Made by a program: the position numbers and the translations under genes. A model generated the notes under the pieces. The model searched no databases. It saw only the letters and a program-made list of their open reading frames with translations, and was not told the DNA's origin. Positions 7,121-14,590 of a stretch of 36,908 bases of DNA are shown piece after piece. This stretch comes from a virus. Its lineage: Duplodnaviria; Caudoviricetes. Position 1 is the stretch's first letter, and each line of letters starts with the position of its first letter. The stretch is taken from positions 1 to 36,908 of the IMG/VR virus record IMGVR_UViG_3300033489_000033. One strand, given 5' to 3'.

Positions 7121-7791
7121 GACGACTGCCGACGATTTTGGCGGGGACGTTCGTGGCGATCACGCTGGCGCGCGTGGCGGCGCTGGCCAACGGCGCGCTG
7201 GGCGCGGGCGGGTTGGGCTGGCCGTTTGCGATCGGGCTGGGGGCAGGGGTGTATCTCTGCTCCTACTGGCTCAAAGTCGCCGACGACAAGACACGCGTTG
7301 CGGCGCTGGTTTCGCTCGTGTTCTTTGCACTGAGCGACCTGGTGTTCAACACGTCGGAAGTTTACCGCAGCATGCTGGCCAATGGCACGTGGGGCGATTG
7401 GCTGCTGCGGGTGGCCGGTATCGTCTATGCGGCTTTTCCCACATTGGCTGTTGGATTGTTGGGTTGGCTGCAAGGGCGGGTGGATCGGCTGCCGCCTGTG
7501 CCGATGCGCAAGACTGCGCTTTTGCCGCGCATCAAGCTATGGTTTGCGGCGCAGATTGACGCATCTATTCCGCAGGCTGCGGACGCTGAACCACAGCGTG
7601 CGCCGCAGCCTGCGCTCGCTGCGCCGGAGGATGCGCGCAGGCTGCGAGTTTACGAGTGCGCCTGCGGTCGCAGCTTTCCAAGTCAGCAAGCGTATGCGGC
7701 GCACCGGCGGCACTGTACGGCGCGGGCTGCGGAGCCTGCGGACTCTGCGACCGCAGAAAACGAATCTGCGGCGCAGCCTACGGTTCAGTAA
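7117..7791 (+). CDS. Multi-TM membrane protein with C-terminal zinc finger
   Basis: About 4 hydrophobic helices; YECACGRSFPSQQAYAAHRRHC. Confidence 0.75.
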   Translation: MRRLPTILAGTFVAITLARVAALANGALGAGGLGWPFAIGLGAGVYLCSYWLKVADDKTRVAALVSLVFFALSDLVFNTSEVYRSMLANGTWGDWLLRVAGIVYAAFPTLAVGLLGWLQGRVDRLPPVPMRKTALLPRIKLWFAAQIDASIPQAADAEPQRAPQPALAAPEDARRLRVYECACGRSFPSQQAYAAHRRHCTARAAEPADSATAENESAAQPTVQ

Positions 7792-7805
7792 TTGCATTAT
7801 CTAAA

Positions 7806-8150
7806 CCGCCCAGCCGGGCGGCCCTACGCAGGTTGAAGGTCTCCGCTGTAGGCGGAGCGGGAAGAAGCGCCCTTGCGGGCGGCCCAAACCTGACTCACTC
7901 AACCTGGCTTGATGACCAGGGATGAGGACAGAGCGGGGAAAAGCTGGACATGAAGAAACTCGCGAACTCTGAGGATGGGATGCAGTCGGTACCGTGATAC
8001 TGGCGCCCATCGCCGCTACGCCTGTTCGACGTAAGAACAAGGGACTCGGCAAATGGTCTCATGGCCGTCGTCGCGGAGGCGGCCTCCGTTCTCTATGGTA
8101 GAGCTATGATTGGTAACGATCACGACGGAATCATCGGCCCGCGCGGGCAG
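7806..8150 (+). ncRNA. Candidate structured leader/ncRNA
   Basis: Dense short stems in a ~370-nt gap with no convincing ORF. Confidence 0.35.
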
Positions 8151-8171
8151 ATTGAGATCAAGCGCGGAGGC

Positions 8172-9221
8172 ATGGGCGACGAGCTGAGGCTGCCGCTCGC
8201 CCAGGGGCTGTGGCTGGCGTTGATAGGGATGATCGCCCTGGTCATGGTGATGGCGGACATGGTATTGATCGGGCCTGTGTCGGGTGTGTTGATTGGCGTG
8301 GTGATCATCCTGGCGCTCTGGTGGCTGGGCTTTCGCTGGATCGAGCACTATGCCACCCTCCTGGCTATTGGGTTGGTTATAGCCTGGCTGATGCTGGGCG
8401 GACGGGCGGTGATCGCGATCTGGCCCGAGGCGCTGCTGACGTTGCACTTGCCGCCGTGGGCTACGATTCTGGGGCTATTGCTATCTGTGCCCGTGCTGGC
8501 CGGCTGCGGATTGGTGATCTATCGTCTGGCATACGAGATTGTGGATCCATGGTGGCCCCCGCCGCTGGCGCAGCGGACGCCGGACTTTGGGATTGCGTGG
8601 CCGGGTCGGAAAGTCCAGGAAAGCGAAGAAGAAGCAGAAGACACCGGGAGTGACGAATTGGCCGAGATCCGCGCGGCGCTGGAGGAGGTGCTGGCCGCAT
8701 CCCGGCAGCCGGTCCGCGAGCGACTGGTGCTGATCAATGGAGATGCGAAGGAGGCGCTGCCGGCAGGGCGCAAAGTCATTGAGATCATGTTGGAACAGGT
8801 CAACGATGTTTGGTGCGCATATCGGGATGGGTATACGCCAGTGCCGGTGGATGACATCCGGCGAATGGCAGCCTTGAGCGAACGAGTGGGCTTGTCGTAT
8901 CGAAAAACCCGGCCGCTCTTCCGGTGGGGAGAGGATGGCTGGCGCTCGACCCTTACGACGCTGGAGGCTCTGGGGATACTGGTGCAGGCGGGAGGGCAGC
9001 GAGAGGCAACCTTGTTAGTGTCCCCTGACGAGGCGGTTCAAATGATAGATGCCAAGCTGGTCATTCCAGATGACCCAACTGCCCCACCGGATGAAGCGGC
9101 TGAAACTGTCGCGCCAAACGTGGCGGATGACAGACAGACAGTTTCAAGAAGCAAAATGAGTGGGGTAGGGGGATCCGTGCGAGCACCTTTCATGCGTCAA
9201 CCAATCAAAATAGACAAATGA
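8172..9221 (+). CDS. Membrane protein with soluble C-terminal domain
   Basis: GGAGG RBS at 8166; ~4 TM segments, acidic linker. Confidence 0.7.
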   Translation: MGDELRLPLAQGLWLALIGMIALVMVMADMVLIGPVSGVLIGVVIILALWWLGFRWIEHYATLLAIGLVIAWLMLGGRAVIAIWPEALLTLHLPPWATILGLLLSVPVLAGCGLVIYRLAYEIVDPWWPPPLAQRTPDFGIAWPGRKVQESEEEAEDTGSDELAEIRAALEEVLAASRQPVRERLVLINGDAKEALPAGRKVIEIMLEQVNDVWCAYRDGYTPVPVDDIRRMAALSERVGLSYRKTRPLFRWGEDGWRSTLTTLEALGILVQAGGQREATLLVSPDEAVQMIDAKLVIPDDPTAPPDEAAETVAPNVADDRQTVSRSKMSGVGGSVRAPFMRQPIKIDK

Positions 9222-10024
9222 CTACAAATCCAGACGAAATATGGCAGACCGCTCTCGGCGAGTTGCAATTACAGTTGACCGGAGCGACATTCGACACATG
9301 GCTGGGCCGGACGCATCTAGTTACATTTGAGGATGAAACATTCGTCGTAGGGGTGCATAATGCGTATGCCCAGGACTGGCTGGAAAACCGGCTGCAGACG
9401 ATGGTCGTGCGGACGCTGTCTCACGTTTGCGAGCGTCCGGTCAAGGTCAAGTTCGTCGTGTTCAATCGTCTTGAATTCGCCTTGCCGGATCAACGCCCCG
9501 ATCCGGCAGAAGCGAAACTGGATCGGGCAGAAGAGGATCAACAGCCCAAAACGTTCGTGCCGCCCGAATTCGATTGGAAAGGCGTCGGCTGGTTTCCGGT
9601 CTCGGATTATGAATCGGATTTTTGGGCGCCGTTGTTGGGCCGGATCCCCTTTCGCCTATGGCAGATCGTTCGTGAGACCGATCACCGAAGAGTCAAGGAC
9701 TTGTGGACGCCGGAGCACCGCTTTAGTGCGCCCGAGCTCGCAGAAAAAGTGCCTTGCAGCCGACGCTCGATCACGGGCTCGCTGAGCCAGGACGGCCAGC
9801 AAAATGGTGCGCTGCAACGACTGTGCAACCTAGATCTGGCGCACATGATCAAGCAGGCCCGGGTCGAGCGGGACCCGCACACTATGTATGTGCTGAGCGT
9901 CCGGGTCAGGCTGCCGTTGCTGATCCCGGACCTGGTCGCTGAACTGCCAGAACGTTTGCAATGTCAGCACGACGCCTGGCTAGACGATCACGGATTCGAC
10001 CCGAAAGACTGGTTCATGGCTTGA
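9218..10024 (+). CDS. Putative replication initiator: DnaA domain I + wHTH-like domain
   Basis: IWQTALGELQLQLTGATFDTWL...NAYAQDWLENRL is DnaA_N-like; no AAA+ domain. Confidence 0.8.
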   Translation: MTTNPDEIWQTALGELQLQLTGATFDTWLGRTHLVTFEDETFVVGVHNAYAQDWLENRLQTMVVRTLSHVCERPVKVKFVVFNRLEFALPDQRPDPAEAKLDRAEEDQQPKTFVPPEFDWKGVGWFPVSDYESDFWAPLLGRIPFRLWQIVRETDHRRVKDLWTPEHRFSAPELAEKVPCSRRSITGSLSQDGQQNGALQRLCNLDLAHMIKQARVERDPHTMYVLSVRVRLPLLIPDLVAELPERLQCQHDAWLDDHGFDPKDWFMA

Positions 10025-10295
10025 CAATTCCTATCTTTTTATAGTGGTAAAAATGTTCCGGTATAGTGGTGTATTTGAACCACTACTAGCATTGCTCGAT
10101 TCGGGCGGTGCTTTTTTGCTGTTGAACGTACCGGCGATTTCTCCGCTGAAATCGCCGGTACGTCGGTGGACATTCGATCCGGATGTGCCTGCCTAGTGGT
10201 GTTTTTGTACTGGTCTACCGGCAAAATTGATTGCGCCCAAAGGGGTAAGAGAAAGAAAAATAAGAACTCAAGATAAAGAGAAGATATCTATCTCC
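10025..10295. other. Putative replication origin
   Basis: Direct repeats 10064-10080/10194-10210; 16-bp inverted repeat 10126-10163; A-rich tract ~10245-10290; directly after the initiator gene. Confidence 0.5.
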
Positions 10296-10314
10296 AAGAA
10301 TGACTCGCGGCCGC

Positions 10315-10343
10315 TTGACAAGCCAGAACATTTGTGCTATCCT
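10315..10343 (+). promoter_or_regulatory. Sigma70-type late promoter with LexA-like box
   Basis: TTGACA-17-TATCCT with TG extension; GAAC-attt-GTGC at 10326-10337. Confidence 0.6.
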
Positions 10344-10435
10344 ATACTCAACTTTTCACGCATGCCGTGTGGTTGGTTCATCCTCGGCGCATCTCCTAGG
10401 GGGAGGTGCGCCTTTTTTCGTTTCAAGGAGGCGAA

Positions 10436-10798
10436 ATGGATCCGCGAATGATTATCGAGTTCCTCAAGGCTCTGGTGATGCAAGCTTGGGCCTACGACGG
10501 CGTGAAGGTGATTGTCACCCATACGCTGGTGAATGTCGTCGTGGCGCTGGCCGCCAGCGCGCGAGCTGGCACGTTCGAGTTGGGCAAGGTGGGCGAATTC
10601 CTGATTCGAAAGCTGGCACCATACGTCGGCGTCTATCTGGTCGTCAAGGCGGCGGGGGAGGCGGCCGGCATTGCGTTTCTGGCTCCGATTGCCTGGACTG
10701 CCATCGAGGCTACGTTGACCGGCGATTTGCTTGACAACTGGACGAAGCTAGGGCTGCCGTTGCCAGAGACGATTCAGCGATTCGTCGTTAAACGATAA
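10436..10798 (+). CDS. Putative holin
   Basis: AAGGAGG RBS; hydrophobic helices; holin-like KLGLPLP tail; upstream of lysin. Confidence 0.7.
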   Translation: MDPRMIIEFLKALVMQAWAYDGVKVIVTHTLVNVVVALAASARAGTFELGKVGEFLIRKLAPYVGVYLVVKAAGEAAGIAFLAPIAWTAIEATLTGDLLDNWTKLGLPLPETIQRFVVKR

Positions 10799-10805
10799 GG
10801 CAACC

Positions 10806-11261
10806 GTGACACAGGCCATCCTCATCGCACTGATCGGCGGGTTGCTCGGCGGCAGCGCGGTCGCGGCGCTCATCACCACGGCCGCGAATCGTAGCAAATT
10901 CAAAGCTGAGACCGAATCAATCTTTGTCAAGATGGCAAGGGATTTGGTCGAGCCGCTACAGATTCGGCTGGACGAGTACCAGCGGGACAATGGGACTCTC
11001 AAGGAGATTTCCCGGCGTCAGAGCGACAGTTACGACCGGCTTGAGGCAAAGTACGACCAGGTCATGTACGAATTGAGAGCCGTCCGCGCAGATCGCGACA
11101 ATCTGCTCGCTGAGCGCATTATTTACCAGAAACGCATTGACGACCAGGCGCAGACGATCAAAAATCTAGAATGTCGTGTGGCAGAGTTGGAACGCGAGCA
11201 GGCTTTGCTACGCAGCGTAAAGCGCGAGGATGCGTGTGGAAACATTGTCATCGCTTCTTGA
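10806..11261 (+). CDS. N-terminal TM + coiled-coil lysis-cassette protein
   Basis: Single TM followed by heptad-rich region. Confidence 0.7.
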   Translation: MTQAILIALIGGLLGGSAVAALITTAANRSKFKAETESIFVKMARDLVEPLQIRLDEYQRDNGTLKEISRRQSDSYDRLEAKYDQVMYELRAVRADRDNLLAERIIYQKRIDDQAQTIKNLECRVAELEREQALLRSVKREDACGNIVIAS

Positions 11262-11841
11262 TCAGGTCGAAGCCGAACAGGCGTGCATTGCACAAGTGTC
11301 TGCCCAGCTTGCCAGTGATTTGGCGAATAGTTTGGAGGCGCTCCGCCGTGTGCGCTCGCTCTATTCGTCTGATCGCCTCAGCGATCGCTGGTTGGGATTT
11401 ACGTTCAACGCTCGTCCTATCAGAGTGACGGGCGAGTTTCGGGTGATGTATACCATTGGCGGCGTGACCTGGGAACACGAAGGCATTGATTTCTCTTTGC
11501 CGGTCGGTGTTCCCATTTTCGCGTGTGCAAGTGGTCAAGTTATGTTTGCCGGGATCAAGGTTGGCTATGGCAACTGTGTCCGCCTGGAGCACCTGCGCTA
11601 CGGTGAAAAGTGGTGGACCTGGTATGGGCATTTGAGTGTGATTCGTGTTCAGGTCGGGCAAATCGTCGTCGCCGGTGTGGCAGTTGGTGGATCGGGCAAC
11701 ACGGGCAATACAACTGGAGCACATCTGCATTTGAGTGTTCAGCGTGAGAATTGCGAGTTTCAACCGAAGGGATGCGCTGCGACACTCAAGGGAGTGGTTA
11801 ACCCACGAGATTGGTTGCAATGGCCGGAGGGGGGAGGGTGA
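11230..11841 (+). CDS. M23 peptidase (putative endolysin)
   Basis: HEGID, YGHL, GNTGNTTGAHLH motifs. Confidence 0.9.
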   Translation: MRVETLSSLLDQVEAEQACIAQVSAQLASDLANSLEALRRVRSLYSSDRLSDRWLGFTFNARPIRVTGEFRVMYTIGGVTWEHEGIDFSLPVGVPIFACASGQVMFAGIKVGYGNCVRLEHLRYGEKWWTWYGHLSVIRVQVGQIVVAGVAVGGSGNTGNTTGAHLHLSVQRENCEFQPKGCAATLKGVVNPRDWLQWPEGGG

Positions 11842-11845
11842 GGCT

Positions 11846-12214
11846 ATGCCCAGGCGAGTGCCGTCAGGATGCAGGGTGCCGGGATGTCCGGTGCTGGCTG
11901 CCTCACGTGGGTACTGCGAACGGCACGCAGCAGAACACGAGAGGCAGTACGAGCAGACACGAGGCAGCGCCGCGAGCCGAGGATATGATGCACAATGGCG
12001 TAGATTGCGCAAGATGCATCTGGCAAAGTACCCACTATGTTCCGATTGGTTCGGGGTCCACGCAAAGGAGAACCGTCTGGTCGAGGGGACCGAGGTTGAT
12101 CACATTATCCCGAAGCGGCAAGGTGGAACAGATGATGGGAGCAACTTGCAAACCTTGTGCCATGCGTGTCACTCACGAAAGACTATTTTGGAAAGCAATA
12201 TATCAGAGGGATGA
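11846..12214 (+). CDS. Packaging-associated HNH endonuclease
   Basis: RGYDAQW, VDHIIP...NLQTLCHACHSRKT; precedes TerS. Confidence 0.92.
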   Translation: MPRRVPSGCRVPGCPVLAASRGYCERHAAEHERQYEQTRGSAASRGYDAQWRRLRKMHLAKYPLCSDWFGVHAKENRLVEGTEVDHIIPKRQGGTDDGSNLQTLCHACHSRKTILESNISEG

Positions 12215-12239
12215 GAGTGAGAAATCTCTGTGAGCTTAG

Positions 12240-12285
12240 CCTCCTAGACCGCGCGGTAGTCTTTTGTGTACGTGCGCGAAATTGA
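12240..12285 (+). other. Putative cos region
   Basis: HNH-TerS intergenic GACCGCGCGG...CGCGAAATT, position typical of HK97-like 3' cos phages. Confidence 0.45.
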
Positions 12286-12296
12286 GGTGGGGGGGG

Positions 12297-12839
12297 ATGA
12301 GAGGAAGGAAGCCTATTCCAAGCAATATCAAGCGAGCGAACGGCAATCCGGGCAAGAGACCGCTGGATGTGAACGAGCCTGTCTACACAGTCCCGGAGCA
12401 GGTGCCCTACGCGCCGCGCGGTTTGGATAAGGCGGCGCAGTGCAAGTGGCGGCAGTTGGCGCCGTTTATGATGAAAGTCCGCGTACTGACCGAGGCCGAT
12501 TTTCTGGCGCTGGAACTTCTGTGCCATTCGTATGGCCGGTGGATCGAGGCGCGGAAGAAAGTGGCGGAGGAGGGCGCGGTACTGACGGGTGACAAAGGAG
12601 GGCAGTACCAGAATCCGTGGGTGTTCCAGGAGAATAAGGCGCACGAGCAGATCTTGAAGCTGTGCTCCGAGTTTGGGATGACGCCCAGCAGCCGGACACG
12701 GGTGAGCATAGTAGATGGCAGCCGACAGTTGAGCCTGGCCGAGTTGCTGTTTGAAAGTGCAACGGGACAGGATGTGGCGATTGGCGATGAGGAGCCGGAC
12801 GGTGTCGAAGTTGAAGGCGAAAGCCAAGCCGCGGACTGA
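12297..12839 (+). CDS. terS: Terminase small subunit, P27 family
   Basis: MRGRKPIP...GNPGKRPL; NP; EFGMTPSSR. Confidence 0.92.
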   Translation: MRGRKPIPSNIKRANGNPGKRPLDVNEPVYTVPEQVPYAPRGLDKAAQCKWRQLAPFMMKVRVLTEADFLALELLCHSYGRWIEARKKVAEEGAVLTGDKGGQYQNPWVFQENKAHEQILKLCSEFGMTPSSRTRVSIVDGSRQLSLAELLFESATGQDVAIGDEEPDGVEVEGESQAAD

Positions 12840-14394
12840 CGGCGAGTTTTGGTTCGACGAGCGCGCGGCGAAGGTGGCCGTAGCGTTCTTTGAAAAGCTG
12901 CTCAAGCACTCCAAGGGTGAATGGGCAGGTTTACCGTTCAAACTGCAACAGTGGCAACTGGACGAGATCATTCTGCCGTTGTTTGGGTGGAAGCGCCAGG
13001 ATGGGACGCGGCGATACCGGCATGTGTATGCGGAGGTGCCGCGCAAGAACGGCAAGTCCACATTGGCCGCGGGCGTGTCGCTGTTTTTGCTCTTCGCCGA
13101 TGATGAGCCAGGCGCGGAGATTTACAGCGCGGCCAGCGACCGAGAGCAGGCAGCCATTGTGTTCGATGAGGCCAAGAGTATGGTGGAGGCTTCGCCCGAG
13201 CTGACCCGGCGGTCGCAGGTGTTCCGGCGATCTATCTATGTGGACTCGACGCGCAGCGTTTACCGCGTGTTGAGTGCGGATGCGTTCACCAAGCACGGCC
13301 TCAACGCACATGGCGTCGCGTTCGACGAGCTGCATGCTCAGCCCACGCGGGACCTCTGGGACGTGATGAACACATCCATCGGTGCGCGGCGGCAGCCGGT
13401 GGTGTTTGCGATCACAACGGCGGGATTCGACCGCGAGTCAGTTTGTTGGGAGCAGCATGAGTACGCCCGCCAGGTCAAGGCCGGGATCGTCCAGGACGAC
13501 GAGTTTTTGCCGGTGATTTACGGCGCCGACGAGACAGACGATTGGCTGGACGAGGCGGTTTGGCGAAAGGTCAATCCTGGGTTGGGTGTAACCGTGAAGC
13601 TGGATTATTTGCGCGGGGAGGCGGCCAAGGCGCAGATGATCCCGGCCTACCAGAATACTTTCCGACGGCTGCACCTGAACCAATGGACGCAACAAGAGAC
13701 GCGGTGGCTCTCGATTGAGGCATGGGACAAGTGCGGCGCGCCGGTCGAAGCCAAGCTACTGGAGAATGCGCCCTGCTATGGGGGGCTTGACCTGGCGAGC
13801 AGCAGCGATATCGCGTCACTGTTGCTGGACTTGCCGAACGAGGCAGGAGAGGACGAACGGCATACCTGGCTGCCTTTTTTCTGGATTCCGAAAGAGAAGA
13901 TGATCGAGCGGGCGCGCAAGGATCGCGTGCCCTACGACGCCTGGGTCCGCAATGGGCTGATCACGGCTACCGAGGGCAACGTGATTGACTATGGCGTCAT
14001 CGTGCGCGACATCGAGGCGCTGGGACAGCGGTTCAACATCAAAGAGATCGCGTTCGACCGGTGGGGAGCGTTCCAGGTGAGCCAGCAGCTCGAGGCGGCC
14101 GGGTTCACGATGGTGGGATTCGGCCAGGGGTTCGCCTCGATGAGTCCGCCGACGAAGGAGCTGCTGCGGCTGGTGCTGGACGGCAAGCTGGCCCACGGCG
14201 GCCACCCGGTGCTGCGGTGGATGGCCGACAATATGGTCGTCTCGACCGACCCGGCTGGCAACGTGAAGCCGAACAAGGAAAAGAGCCGTGAAAAGATTGA
14301 CGGGATGGTGGCCGGGATCATGGCGCTCGACCGGGCGACCCGCCACCAGGCAGCCGGCTCGGTCTACGAACGGCGGGGCCTCCGCCGGGTCTAG
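12787..14394 (+). CDS. terL: Terminase large subunit
   Basis: VPRKNGKS Walker A; FDELH Walker B; GGLDLA and KIDG nuclease motifs. Confidence 0.97.
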   Translation: MRSRTVSKLKAKAKPRTDGEFWFDERAAKVAVAFFEKLLKHSKGEWAGLPFKLQQWQLDEIILPLFGWKRQDGTRRYRHVYAEVPRKNGKSTLAAGVSLFLLFADDEPGAEIYSAASDREQAAIVFDEAKSMVEASPELTRRSQVFRRSIYVDSTRSVYRVLSADAFTKHGLNAHGVAFDELHAQPTRDLWDVMNTSIGARRQPVVFAITTAGFDRESVCWEQHEYARQVKAGIVQDDEFLPVIYGADETDDWLDEAVWRKVNPGLGVTVKLDYLRGEAAKAQMIPAYQNTFRRLHLNQWTQQETRWLSIEAWDKCGAPVEAKLLENAPCYGGLDLASSSDIASLLLDLPNEAGEDERHTWLPFFWIPKEKMIERARKDRVPYDAWVRNGLITATEGNVIDYGVIVRDIEALGQRFNIKEIAFDRWGAFQVSQQLEAAGFTMVGFGQGFASMSPPTKELLRLVLDGKLAHGGHPVLRWMADNMVVSTDPAGNVKPNKEKSREKIDGMVAGIMALDRATRHQAAGSVYERRGLRRV

Positions 14395-14395
14395 G

Positions 14396-14587
14396 ATGTC
14401 CGTGGACATGTGGAAGCGATTCTGTGCTCTGGTGCGCGCGCTCGACGGCAATGACGTACTGATCCTGGCTGGGTTGGGCCTGGCCAGCGTCGGCGTGGGC
14501 TTGTGGTCGGTGCCGGCAGCGTTGGACCTGGCCGGGGCGGTCCTGTTCGGGCTGGGATTACTGGGCAGCCTTCGCAAGGCGAGGTAA
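14396..14587 (+). CDS. Small 2-TM protein between TerL and portal
   Basis: Hydrophobic; usual position in HK97-like phages. Confidence 0.65.
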   Translation: MSVDMWKRFCALVRALDGNDVLILAGLGLASVGVGLWSVPAALDLAGAVLFGLGLLGSLRKAR

Positions 14588-14590
14588 CGG

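Noticed and set aside
9218-10024. Chromosomal dnaA gene or host DNA contamination
   Set aside because: Only domain I is present, embedded among phage genes.
10021-10053. Promoter at TTGACA 10021
   Set aside because: Candidate -10 boxes lie at 13- or 21-nt spacing.
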